A stretch of 61,329 bases of DNA from Octopus bimaculoides (Eukaryota), in contig NC_068999.1 of the NCBI RefSeq assembly GCF_001194135.2, forward strand, positions 53,018,630-53,079,958. The letters are read 5' to 3'. Position 1 is the first letter of the stretch. The number at the start of each line of letters is the position of its first letter. This document shows, one piece after another, positions 12,270-23,959 of this stretch. The notes under the pieces were generated by a model. That model was not told where the DNA came from, ran no database searches, and was given only the letters and a program-made list of their open reading frames with translations. A program made the position numbers and the translations under genes.

Positions 12270-13135
12270 GTATTTCTTGTAGTGGTCTTAAACCCGACCC
12301 TTGTCAATTTAGAGTCAACATTATCTTTGCAATCTAAGAACAGGGGATAGCTACAAAATTCTTAACGAACGAAAAAACCATGCTCCTGAATCTCCAAGAT
12401 GCTACCAAAAAAAAAAAGGCAAATGTCATTTATGTAATACTTCTATGGAAGATATTTCACATGTGATCAGTAGCTACCGAAAATGTGATCAAGTTAATAC
12501 TGCCCATTGTAACACTGTCGAAAATGTTATTACATTATGAAATGGCAACAGCAGAAAAGACTGCCCTGGAATAAATATTCCGCATTTGACGATATGAAAC
12601 GCATCTTCTTTTCAAAAATATCGCCCCAAGTCCTTTATGCGAAGTTGGGTCAATACTATATGCTTTAATGCACTTAAACTTGTTTTCTTGAATATACGCA
12701 GCTGTCATTTGAGTGCATCTAAAATGTCCATGAAACTTTTTCAGTCATCAAATACTTTAGTCTATGATCTTCTTAGTAAATGCTGGATATTTGTACTTGT
12801 TTAGAGTAGAAAAAGAAATCATGTACGGTCATAGAGTTCATAAAGCAGATATGAATATCCCTTTCAAAATCAGTGAGGAGGAGAATATTTAGAAACGACT
12901 ACTTTGCAACCTACAGCTTTCTCTTCCTGATTATAAATTCACATTCATAACAATAATTAGTGAAGGACTTCGTTATATTAACGAATGCTTTTTGTGATAA
13001 TCTCGAAGGGTTTCCAAGCAATTTGAAAGGGTTTTCAGGCAAAGCATAAAATAAAGTTATCACGGACATAACAATTAGAATCTAGAACCGCAACAATATG
13101 AATATGTAAGGCTCTTCGAAAGTTCAAAACTGTAA
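12270..13135 (+). mobile_element. RLE-type non-LTR retrotransposon 3' remnant (family 3), highly decayed
   Basis: IFAI*EQGIATKFL (cf. IFAIQEQEIATKY), KCHLCNTSMEDISHVISSY (C-x2-C-x8-H-x4-C knuckle, last C lost), and KADMNIPFKISEEENI*KRLLCNLQLSLPDYKFTFITII (RLE C-terminal half). Confidence 0.65.
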
Positions 13136-13394
13136 CACTTATTGTTTCATTATTCCTTTCAAATTCCAGCGATGAGGTTTTTGTTTTTTCACATATTTCG
13201 TTTTGCTAAAATGTAGCTCTGTCTTCCTAGGAAGAATTCGAGTGTTTGAAAAAGAACGAAAAAATATGTTTGTATATATATATATATACATACTTAATAC
13301 ATAATACATTCCAGCATACATCCACACGCATAAACTTATATATAATTCCATGCATACTTGCATACATAATACACACACACGCACACACACACAT

Positions 13395-13509
<115 letters not shown>

Positions 13510-14266
13510 TACAAACAGAAGAAATATTTGATGTAATTAGATAATGCCATTTGAATAAATAGTTCCTTATTAAGAAATGGAATAAGAAAAACAGGTCAGT
13601 CCTGTTAGATTTGACTCCATTTTGACAGATATTTCTCCACGTCCCCCTCCCCACCTATGTCCAACGCTTCGAACTCTTCCCATCTGCTTCGCTTTCTTTT
13701 AATAAACAAAATAATACAGATCTATGTTTGTATATGTACGTACGCATGCCTTTATACACACACACACACATATACACACATATATATACATGTGCTTAAG
13801 AAGTTGTTACAGCTATTCTTATTGTAGTTATTGTTGTTATTGCTGTCGCTGCTATTTATTATTTATTTATTTTTTTTGATGTTGTTGTTATCGTTATTGC
13901 CTCAATTTTATTTTGGTGTCTTTTTCCGAATTCCTTCGAACGGCCAATTAAAAATTGGTAATTCCAGTGTATGTCTTGTATGTCATTGTTACATCTGTCA
14001 GCGTCTCTTGTTGCTGTTATTGCCGTTGTTATCGGTCATCGTCGTCGTCGTGTCTTTAGTTGTTGTTGAGACAGAGGGAGAGAGAGAGAGAGAGAGGGGG
14101 GGGGAAAGAGAGACAGAAAGAGGAAGATTACGTGTGTGTTCGCATAACATACATTCTTGCAGATATATCATAAAAACAGGAGCGTGTATGTCTTCATGAA
14201 AACCAACCCACACATACACACACGCATGCTTGCATATTTATACAAATATGCACACAAACATACAGG

Positions 14267-14302
<36 letters not shown>

Positions 14303-14379
14303 CACACATATATATATAGTGAATTGAAAAAAAAACAAAGGGAAAAAGAAAAGTAAGTAAAACAAACGTGAAGACGTCG

Positions 14380-14480
14380 CACGGGTAATGTATTAATAAA
14401 ACGCTCACAGAAAGTAGAGAGTAGTTGCTTTACGTTTCGAGCACAGCTCTTTTTCGGAAACAGACAAGTCCAAAGGGAAA
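14380..14480 (-). mobile_element. Possible Penelope-like terminal repeat fragment
   Basis: Reverse reads ttccgaaaagagctgtgctcgaaacgtaaagc...gagcgttttattaataca, similar to the 'CTGAAGA...CGAAACGT...TAATA' motif of PLE ends. Motif resemblance only. Confidence 0.3.
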
Positions 14481-15108
14481 GAAGGAAAAAGGATGAAAAA
14501 ATATCGCCGACAGCCCACGTGAGATTACATTTCTGAAATGACTGGAAGTAGAAGGGATGAAGTGAAAGTGCTTTCTGGGACAAGAGAGTGTGAAGATGGT
14601 CGGTATGTGTGTGTGCGTGTGTGCGTGTGTGCGTGTGATATATGGTTGATAAAACCTTTAAGATTTATAATACAATTTTCAAAATGATATCTGGCTGTCA
14701 TGAGAAACGCCATATTGAAACTTTGTATTTGCATTAGGTTTGGTGGATTTCACTGTTGTTATTATTACTTAACCAAACAATTGCCCCGATCAGGATCTCC
14801 TGTGAGCAAAGGCATTCCAGTAAAAACCATCTCGTATCAATGTAGCTTTTTTTCCTTCCTTTACTTGTTTTATTTGTATCATAGATTTCGGCCATGCTGG
14901 GGCATTGCCTTGAAAGCTTTCGACGAAGAAATTAACTCCATAATTTTTTCTTTAAGCCTGGCGCTTATTCTATGGATTTTATTTGTTTCTTTTTGTTTTT
15001 TGCTTTTCACTTTATTTTTGCCAAACCGCCAGATTACGAAGACGTAAACAAACACTAGTTATCTGGCTGTTAGTTGATGACAAACACAACAAAAAAACAA
15101 AAGCACGC

Positions 15109-15139
<31 letters not shown>

Positions 15140-15306
15140 TGTATGTATGTATGTATGTATGTATGTATGTACGTTATGTATGTATGAATGAATGCGTGTA
15201 TAGTTCAAATTATCAGAAAACAAAAGACGAATGCAGGTGAAGGAACAACAAGCAGGTGTGTTAGTTTAGCTGTCTATTTTTCTTTCTTTACATTCTTCAA
15301 TATACA

Positions 15307-15342
<36 letters not shown>

Positions 15343-15684
15343 TATATACATACATATAAACATACATACATATATATATNNNNNNNNNNNNNNNNNNNNN
15401 NNNNNNNNNNNNNNNNNNNNNNNNNNNNNNNNNNNNNNNNNNNNNNNNNNNNNNNNNNNNNNNNNNNNNNNNNNNNNNNNNNNNNNNNNNNNNNNNNNNN
15501 NNNNNNNNNNNNNNNNNNNNNNNNNNNNNNNNNNNNNNNNNNNNNNNNNNNNNNNNNNNNNNNNNNNNNNNNNNNNNNNNNNNNNNNNNNNNNNNNNNNN
15601 NNNNNNNNNNNNNNNNNNNNNNNNNNNNNNNNNNNNNNNNNNNNNNNNNNNNNNNNNNNNNNNNNNNNNNNNNNNNNNNNNNNN

Positions 15685-15723
<39 letters not shown>

Positions 15724-15726
<3 letters not shown>

Positions 15727-15873
15727 GACGGGCTTCTTTCAGTTTCTGTCTACCAAATCCACTCACAAGCCTTTGATCGGGCCAAGACTATAGTAGAAGA
15801 CTCTTGCCCAAGGTGCCATGCAGTGCGACTGAACCCGGAACCATGTGGTTGGCAAATAAGCTTCTTACCACAC
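15724..15873 (-). mobile_element. SINE family A head (tRNA + CORE-like region)
   Basis: cgacgggcttctttcagtttctgtctaccaaatccactcacaagcctttg...cttgcccaaggtgccatgcagtgcgactgaacccggaaccatgtggttgg...cttaccacac. The reverse contains B box gggttcagtc and ccttgggcaag, CORE-like. Confidence 0.88.
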
Positions 15874-17095
15874 ATATATGATTAAGTATGAGTTTGTATG
15901 TGATTATATGTGTGTGTGTTCGCACATGTACGTATGTATGTATCTGTGTGCGACTCAGTTCCTCTATGTATATACTAAACAGCACGTACAATAATATACT
16001 TTCAATTTTTTAAATTCTCAAATTTTATTTATAATTTTTTTTTAAAATTCTTTACATTTGATATTTCCAGGAATTTCGTGTTGTTGTTCCTGTCATTATT
16101 GTTATTGTTATTGTCGTCGTTGTTCGTGTTATCTTTGTTGTTGTTGTCGCCGTCTTTTATTTTTTTAACCATTGTCCCCATAACAGATTGGAATTCCAAC
16201 TATGTCTTGGGTACATGAACTTTGCGTTGATATTAATATTACTAAATATTTCCACTAAGGGTATACATTGCACCCGTTTCTCATGTAAATAGTTTTATCA
16301 TTCAATTAATTTTTTTTTTATGTTGTCTTTTTGTGCAGTTATCGTTTATTTATTTTTTATCTCCTTTCTTATTTGACATTTAAAAAAAAAAAAGTTTATT
16401 TTCTTTTATTTACATACATTTTGTGGAGCTTTCTTTCTAAACTGCTTATGCATACACACACACACACAAAAATATATATAAATATCTCAAAAGCTCTATC
16501 TATACAGACACACAATATGCTTGCATATATGAGCACACATTTATACATACGTACATGTATATATATATATATATACACACATNNNNNNNNNNNNNNNNNN
16601 NNNNNNNNNNNNNNNNNNNTATATATATGCACACACATGCACACCCATTTATCTCTGTCTATTTCTATTACTATGTATGATAAAGTAGGAATTAATATAT
16701 GATAGTATTAAGTTAAACTATGAGATTTTTTTTATGTGGTTTGGACTCACGTACACCAATTCACTCAAGTACACACGGAATCAGACACAGACACAGAAGC
16801 GTACATACATAGGCACACACACACACAGACACACAGATACACACATGCATACATATACACGGATGACGATTAAAAGAGAAAGAAAATACGCACGAGAAAG
16901 AGAGAGATAAAGATAGATAGAGACAGACAGAGAGAGAGAGAGAGAAAGAGAAAGAGCTTGCGCGCGCACGTGTGTGTGTGTAAGGGAGAGAAAGAAATTT
17001 TGACTCTATATGGTGGGAGGAGTTACCTCAATCCTTTCTATATTAACCAAAATGAAGTAGATTGACAAATTTATTTTTCGAACCAGTGGAAGACA

Positions 17096-17175
17096 CGCGA
17101 GATGTCGAAATATTGTTCCCAAAATAACAAATGGCACTCTTTGTTATCTTGAGAACAATATTTCGACATCTCGCG
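17096..17175. other. 80-nt hairpin: 36-bp arms, 2 mismatches, 8-nt loop
   Basis: CGCGAGATGTCGAAATATTGTTCCCAAAATAACAAA-tggcactc-TTTGTTATCTTGAGAACAATATTTCGACATCTCGCG. Confidence 0.95.
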
Positions 17176-17284
17176 CTTGTATTTGATTCTCATGACAATT
17201 ATTCGACATATTCTTATAAGTTTTTATTTCCATGGTAACTTTTTCTCATATAAAACAGAACTTTTATGTAAAAATTTAGCGTAA

Positions 17285-17450
17285 TGAGCGGGCATGGCAG
17301 AGTGGTTACGAAGCTTGCATTGCAAACACGGAGTTTCAGGTTCAGTCTCACTGCGCGGAAACTGCTGTGCGAAGCTGACTAATGAGTTGTGAGCGAATTT
17401 GGTAGGCAGAATCGTGTGAAGGCTCGTGGTGTATGTGTACGTGTGTGTGT
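17285..17450 (+). mobile_element. SINE family A head, diverged
   Basis: ggcatggcagagtggttacgaagcttgc...caggttcagtctcactgcg...ttgtgagcgaatttggtagg. Confidence 0.65.
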
Positions 17451-17474
17451 GTTTGGAAGTACATTTATATACAT

Positions 17475-17720
17475 ACATATCACATCATTGGAGAGCCACG
17501 TATGGAGCTTAAGAGAAACAGGAACGCTATACATAATTAAATGGAAGCTCCTTGAACAACTGGGGACTTATATAAATGGGAGCAAACGGCATAAGCTTTG
17601 CTTGGTTGAGAGAGCAAGAATCATGAATTGAAACTCGCTCCAGCCGGGGAAATTTTTAAACTCCAGGGAAGAAGTATTTAGTCAATGCTCACATTTAAAA
17701 CGTTTCCAACTACAAGCTTG
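17475..17720 (+). mobile_element. Penelope-like element, GIY-YIG C-terminal remnant
   Basis: TSLESHVWSLRETGTLYIIKWKLLEQLGTYINGSKRHKLCLVERARIMN*...FLNSREEVFSQCSHLKRFQL matches PLE 'T.LS.HIW.LK....Y.IKW.IL.....Y.NGSKRC.LCL.EK..I....LNSR.E.F..C.H..KF.L'. Confidence 0.8.
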
Positions 17721-18284
17721 GAATTCCCCATTCGTTGAATAGACCTACCGCAACTTCTTCGAATATCATTACGGCTAGAGTCGATGCAAGGAGGTTAATC
17801 CCTTCCTGTCTGCATTAACCCTACGCGGACAAATATTTTTTTGTTTACAAAATTAACTAACCACGTTGTAGTTCTACGTTCGGCTATTTGAATCTGATAA
17901 GTCACCTATACTACTATATGCTTTATAGTTGCGAAACCATTGGTTACTTTATGATCGGCCATAACAATTAACTTCCTAAAAAACATATATTACTGCTCTA
18001 ATGCTTTAAGGTGGTTCACTACCAGTGTCGATATGGACTCTGAGGGTCCATATAAGATTTGCAGGGTGAGAATGTTCCACGTCTGCAAAATGGAAAGCTA
18101 GGGAACCACAATAGTATTTTAAAGGCCCCTGAGAAACTTTTGCTTTAGATGTATGTAATATTGCAAGAAACAGATAGATCTTTTTCTCTAGCATTTTACA
18201 TAGTTCAGCCTACACTACTTGATGTGTGAAAACGAAAGTAGAAATTTTGTGTAAGAAGTTTCTATAAAACTGCTTTTTTAATAT

Positions 18285-18363
18285 CGAATGGCTATAGGGG
18301 TCCACCAGAATAAAATAGTAATCAAAGGGGTCCACATAGATAAAAATTGGTTGGAAACCCCTG
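18285..18363. mobile_element. hAT-type non-autonomous element terminus
   Basis: ggggtccac x2, then aaaattggttggaaacccctg, the reverse of CAGGGGTTTCCAACC, which resembles CAGGGGTTCTCAACC TIRs of hAT-derived MITEs. The other end was not found. Confidence 0.45.
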
Positions 18364-18714
18364 CTTTAGAGTGTGCTTCTGTTTCGGATAAACACAAATG
18401 GCATTTAAAAGTTATGATTCTTGTTATATATATATATATGGGAGGAGTATGTATATATGTATGTATATATATATATATATATATATNNNNNNNNNNNNNN
18501 NNNNNNNNNNNNNNNNNNNNNNNNNNNNNNNNNNNNNNNNNNNNNNNNNNNNNNNNNNNNNNNNNNNNNNNNNNNNNNNNNNNNNNNNNNNNNNNNNNNN
18601 NNNNNNNNNNNNNNNNNNNNNNNNNNNNNNNNNNNNNNNNNNNNNNNNNNNNNNNNNNNNNNNNNNNNNNNNNNNNNNNNNNNNNNNNNNNNNNNNNNNN
18701 NNNNNNNNNNNNNN

Positions 18715-18818
18715 ATTAATGTCACATATTAAATATAGCGCTTTTCACCTAGTCGTGTAGGATTTTCAAATCCTACACGACTAGGTGAAAAGCGCTATAT
18801 TTAATATGTGACATTAAT
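18715..18818. repeat. Perfect palindrome, 51-bp arms, 2-nt spacer, starting at a gap edge
   Basis: attaatgtcacatattaaatatagcgcttttcacctagtcgtgtaggattt-tc-exact reverse complement. Confidence 0.95.
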
Positions 18819-18862
18819 AAAAATCTGTAAATGTACAAACATCCAGATTTCTGAGTACCTTA

Positions 18863-18896
<34 letters not shown>

Positions 18897-19350
18897 GACT
18901 GTCTCTATTCATTTAACTGCTTAACAATCTACGTACTTATCTATCTGTTTAACAGTCCACCTACCTACTTAGAAACTTATCTATCTTCCTGCCAATCAAT
19001 CATCGACCACCATATTCAATACAGTATTTACGCCACATTTCCTGGAGAGTGTCTGTACAGATTGGGATATTTCTACCACAGTAATGCCATCTCATTTGTC
19101 ATCGCAATACGGTTTCCGGTGTCCATTCTTATATAGATACATGCATTAAAAAAACATATACTTAGGCATCTACGCATACAGAACACTAGCAGCTGTATAT
19201 ACATGTAAGCACTTACATGTATATACATACATGTGTGCATGGATACATACATGTGTGCATGGATACATACATAAAATATATATTTACAGGCATACATGCA
19301 CTTATCTGACTATCTATCTATCTACCTATCTATCTATCTATCTATCTATC

Positions 19351-19482
<132 letters not shown>

Positions 19483-19609
19483 GACAGACAGATAGACAAA
19501 CAGACATAGAGACATACTTACACGCATACATACATACATGCATGCATACATACATACATACATACATACATACATACATACATACATACATCCATACATG
19601 CATACATAT

Positions 19610-19960
19610 GGGCAGGCAGGGCTGTATTGTTAAGAAGCTTGCTTTGCAACCGCGTGGTCTCGGGTTCAGTTCTACTGTGCATCATCCTGGACAAGAGTCT
19701 TTTATTACAACCCCAGGCTGACCAATGCCTTGTGAGTGAATTTGGTAGATGGAAACTGTGTGGAAGCCCGTCGTTTACGTGTGCGTGCATATTTGTGTCT
19801 GTTTGTCACCCCCTTCCTACATTCACTTGATATCTCACGTTGGCTTTTGTACGTCCCTGTAAAATAGACGTCTATAACAAGTATTAGACAAAACAAATTA
19901 TTCATCTACAATCCTTCAAACCGCTGCCCCAGCCTGGCCGCAATCTAATAACATTGAAAG
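19610..19960 (+). mobile_element. SINE family A, near full length, diverged
   Basis: ggctgtattgttaagaagcttgc...cgggttcagttctactg...gccttgtgagtgaatttggtagatggaaactgtgtggaagcccgtcg...gtacgtccctgtaa...cagcctggccgca. Confidence 0.8.
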
Positions 19961-20549
19961 AAGTGAAAGCAATGACATTGAAGAAAGTGAAAGTTAGAAA
20001 ACTATATACACGTGTATGTGTGTGTTTGTGTGTCTGCGTGCGTGCGTGCGTGTTTTTGTGTACATGCGTATGTACATACATACATACATACATACATACA
20101 TACATGCTTGCATATACACGTATGTGTGTGTGCGTGCACATGCGTGTGTAATTAATATACATAGTTTGACATAAAATTATTTAAACATTAACCGGGAAAA
20201 ACGCACTCAATACGTATATATAAAATATATATTCAGCAAAATATTCGCATCATTTCAGTATTAACATTTCTGCCATGTCCATGAACACGCAGCGTTCCCT
20301 TATCATTTACTGTTGATATAATATATCGTAATCTAATATAATATACAGTAATAATAAAGACTGGGAACCAGTGAAATTGCTCTGCTTATCTCACACAGAA
20401 GCCTCTCCAGTTCATTTGATTCATACAATAAAGAGATGCATCTGGCTTCGGGACATGAACATTATGACGTAATCTCTATTATTAGTTGGAATGGAAGCCC
20501 CACTCTAAACCTCCGATTGGCAGATAATTTGGTTGGGTCAGGATGGAAT

Positions 20550-20780
20550 GAACTTTGTGAAAGAACATTGCTTATGGTTAAGAAGCTTGCTTCTCTACAA
20601 CATGGTTCCGGGTTCGTTCCCACAGCGTTGCATCTTGGGCAAGTGTTTTCTTCTATAGCTTCAGGCTGACCAAAGATTTGTGAGTGGATTCGGCTGAGGG
20701 AACGTGGCTTGGTGGTTAGGGTATTCGGCTCTCGATTGCAAGGTCGCGAGTTCGATTCCCGGCCGCGCGTTGTGTCGACC
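20550..20780 (+). mobile_element. Family A head followed directly by a second tRNA-like SINE head (family D-like)
   Basis: ggttaagaagcttgc...ccgggttcgttccc...cttgggcaagtg..., then gtggcttggtggttagggtattcggctctcgattgcaaggtcgcgagttcgattcccggcc (A and B boxes). Confidence 0.75.
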
Positions 20781-20989
20781 ATATGGAAGCTTTTTACTGA
20801 TCCAAGCAGATCAAAACACCATCACAGCCTGATTAAATTACCATCCTCAGGATTTATCCTATGAAAAAGATGGCACAAAAAAAAACAAGTGAATATTGAG
20901 GAAAAGAAAAGGCACAGCAGACATTGTCGTGTTCATCCTCCAAATAACATCACAATTTCGACACCAACCGACAATATTGTTCAATTTGG

Positions 20990-21330
20990 CATCGACCCCC
21001 CCCCCAGGTCTTACTTTTTGTAAGCCTAGTACTTATTCTATCGGTCTCTTTTGTCCAACCGCTAAGTTACGGGGACGTAAACACACCAACATCAGTTGTC
21101 AAACAATGGTGGTGAGACAAACACAGACACACAAATACATATATATATATACAACGGGCTTCTTTCTGTTTCCGTCTTTTTAAGCCTAGTAGTTATTCTA
21201 TCGGAACTCTTTTGCCCAACCGCTAAGTTACGGGGACGTCTACAGCTTCCGTCCACCAAATCCACTCACAAAGCTTTGGTCGGCTCGAGACCATCGTAGA
21301 AGACACTTACCACACAGCCACTCCTGCGCA
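20990..21330 (-). mobile_element. SINE family A with internal duplication and deletion
   Basis: The block taagcctagta...ctaagttacggggacgt occurs twice (~21021-21079 and ~21181-21239). The head is joined as gaagacactt|accacacagccactcctgcgc, lacking the B-box segment. Confidence 0.85.
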
Positions 21331-21689
21331 ACAAATTGCAGAGCTCTCGTTTCTCGTCTCCTACAGAAAGAACATCCACGATAACAGTAAATATAACAGC
21401 GTATATCTTCTATGAAGACAATTGTATGAATATATATGTCTTTTTAGACAGACACTGCGACGCTACTAAGTTGTCCGAAGTTGTATACATTACAATTCAA
21501 ACACACACGGACCCAAATCAAGCCATTTGTCAAACAAGTACGACGAAGAGGACCGTAAAGATGAAATAATATGATGTAGTCCTGGAGACGAAGCCATTAA
21601 AAGTGAATAAATTCTATTTTGTTCTCTCTCATATTATAAATGTTGATATAACCTTTCTTTAAAGAAAAAGAAAACGACTATCAGATCTA

Positions 21690-21759
<70 letters not shown>

Positions 21760-22016
21760 TTTCTGTCTGTCTTTCTTATCGCTTGTCTGTTTATCTTCTA
21801 TCCTTCCTTTCCCGTTTTCTTTTTTTCCTTTCATCTCACTGTTTGACTGTTTGTCCATCTTCTCTCTCTCTCTTTATCTGTCTATTTATCAATCTCTCTG
21901 CGTAAATACACACACATATATATGTATTTATTAAATTCCATATGTAAATATGTATGTATGTATGTATATATAAATATGCATATATATATATATATATATA
22001 TATATGCATGTGTGTG

Positions 22017-22060
<44 letters not shown>

Positions 22061-22168
22061 GTATGTATATATATGTACGTATATATATATATATATGTGC
22101 GTGTGTATGTGCATGTGTGTATGTGTATGTGTTCGTGTGTGTATGTGCGTGTGTGTATACCGTTTTCT

Positions 22169-22342
22169 TACTGATCAATGACTTTCTAGAATTTCATAGA
22201 TGATCCATGGTTTGTTTCACATTGCTTTCATATTCAGGACAGAATATGGCATAAGGTACCTTTTTCTGGAGTCCTGAATATGAAAACAATGTGAAACAAA
22301 CCATGGATCATCTATGAAATTCTAGAAAGTCATTGATCAGTA
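22169..22342. repeat. Long inverted repeat (72-bp arms, 1 mismatch, 30-nt spacer), TA-bounded, MITE-like
   Basis: Left arm 22169-22240 tactgatcaatgac...tattcaggac; right arm 22271-22342 gtcctgaata...cattgatcagta. Confidence 0.93.
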
Positions 22343-22343
22343 G

Positions 22344-22579
22344 ACCTTCCAAACAACACCAAACTGCTCGTTGTGATGAATGCGTTAAGGACCAAGTATC
22401 ACATGTCTGTTAGCACCAGTCACCTCAGTGACTTCTACTCGCGGCTGGACCCAAAACGCAGAAGTACCGCAAAACTGTCGACAAAGCAACCACAACAACA
22501 ACAGCAGTCACGATCAACTGCAACAGAAGTCACACACAGACTAACACCCGCGTACGACAGGAGATTACCGCTGCCGTAA
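22344..22579 (+). CDS. Candidate exon or unassigned open frame
   Basis: Higher-GC open frame LPNNTKLLVVMNALRTKYHMSVSTSHLSDFYSRLDPKRRSTAKL...LPLP*, preceded by TAG. No homolog recognised; it may instead be a decayed mariner piece. Confidence 0.2.
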
Positions 22580-22732
22580 ATAGGAATGCTCTCCTAACTA
22601 CATCAACACAAACACACAGACACACTCATACACACAAGGATATCAACAAATCTACATACTCCACCTCCACCTCCTCCTCCTCCTCCTACTCCTACTACTA
22701 CTACTACTACCACCACCACCGCCGCCACCACC

Positions 22733-22767
<35 letters not shown>

Positions 22768-23461
22768 CCTTTCGTCTCTTCTGACTGCTCCAATTTCTCA
22801 TCAAATATCAGGAAGAAGTAAGACGTGGAAACGTTCCCTTAAAGGGCAAAACGAAAAGTACATCAGTCGGTTATCCAATTCCGAATAAGAAAAGAAGAGA
22901 AAGATTGACGAAATGCCAAAGAGCCCTTAGCAACCCCAGCCATCCACCACAACCAATCGAATCTACTACCATCCCCATCACCATCACCATCACCACAACA
23001 ACACCAACAACATTAACAATAATAATTAAATCTGCGACCACAAGAGAAGCTAACATGGATTTAGACAGATTGCATCGTGTCCTGCAGGTCATAATCTAAC
23101 CGATAAGAATACATATACAGTCCAGTTACTGGCAGTTAAATACTTTGTTTCCTGTTTACAGCGATGAGCTTAACGTGTAAGTTAAATGGTTGTTGACGAG
23201 AAATTCAGAATAGAATCGATAGAGTTTAGCGAGCAGCGAAAACAATATAAAAGGAGAACTAGTTAAGCATGTAGACAAACCGCTTAGGATGGTTGTGGAG
23301 AAATGGAACCACGAGCTTTCCCTTTGTGTGAGTCAGCTCTTGGAATAAATCGCCCTATCGATCACGATCGATGCATGCTATTTGATCCTAACCAGATTTA
23401 TCTGATTTTTAGCAACTTATTCTCCGTGTTTTGTGTTTTTATTTTATTATTTATTTATGTA

Positions 23462-23572
23462 CGGCGACAAACTTCCAAAATCGTTACATTGTGAGTTCAA
23501 ATGGCGCCGGCACCGACTTTGCTTTTCATCTTTTTCATCCTTTTCATCGCTACAATAAAAAGTACCAGTTGA
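23462..23572 (+). mobile_element. SINE family B 5' part, interrupted
   Basis: ggcgacaaac...aatcgtta...gagttcaaat...gactttgcttttcatc...aagtaccagttgag, followed immediately by a family C copy in the opposite orientation. Confidence 0.65.
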
Positions 23573-23959
23573 GTTGTTGTTGGCACTCCGTCGCTTACGA
23601 CGTCGAGGCTTCCAGTTGATCCGATCAAGGGAACAGCCTGCTCGTGAAATTAACGTGCAAGTGGCTGAGCACTCCACAGACACGTGTACCCTTAACGTAG
23701 TTCTCGAGGATATTCAACGTGACACAGTGTGACAAGGCTGACCCTTTGAATTACAAGCACAACAGAAACAGGAAGTCAGAGTGAGAGAAAGTTGTGGTGA
23801 AAAAGTACAGCAGGGATCGCCAACATCCTCTGCCGGAGCCTCGTGGAGCTTTAGGTGTTTTCGCTCAATAAACACTCACAACGCCCGGTCTGGGAATTGA
23901 AACAGCGATCCTATGACCACGAGTTCGCTGCCCTGACCACTGGGCCATTGCACCTCCAC
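23573..23959 (-). mobile_element. SINE family C, full length (~390 bp, tRNA-derived head)
   Basis: Reverse begins gtggaggtgcaatggcccagtggtcagggcagcgaactcgtggtcataggatcgctgtttcaattcccagaccgggcg (A and B boxes) and ends ...ggagtgccaacaacaac. The head is nearly identical to 37879-37990. Confidence 0.88.

Noticed and set aside
14520-14603. Plus frame DYISEMTGSRRDEVKVLSGTRECEDG ending at a gtatgt donor
   Set aside because: In-frame TGA just upstream, no pyrimidine-rich acceptor, and the donor is the start of a (TG)n tract.
23880-23959. tRNA-like sequences with A and B boxes (also ~37880, ~59440 and ~20700)
   Set aside because: Each continues into a shared SINE body and lacks a proper acceptor stem, so these are SINE heads, not tRNA genes.
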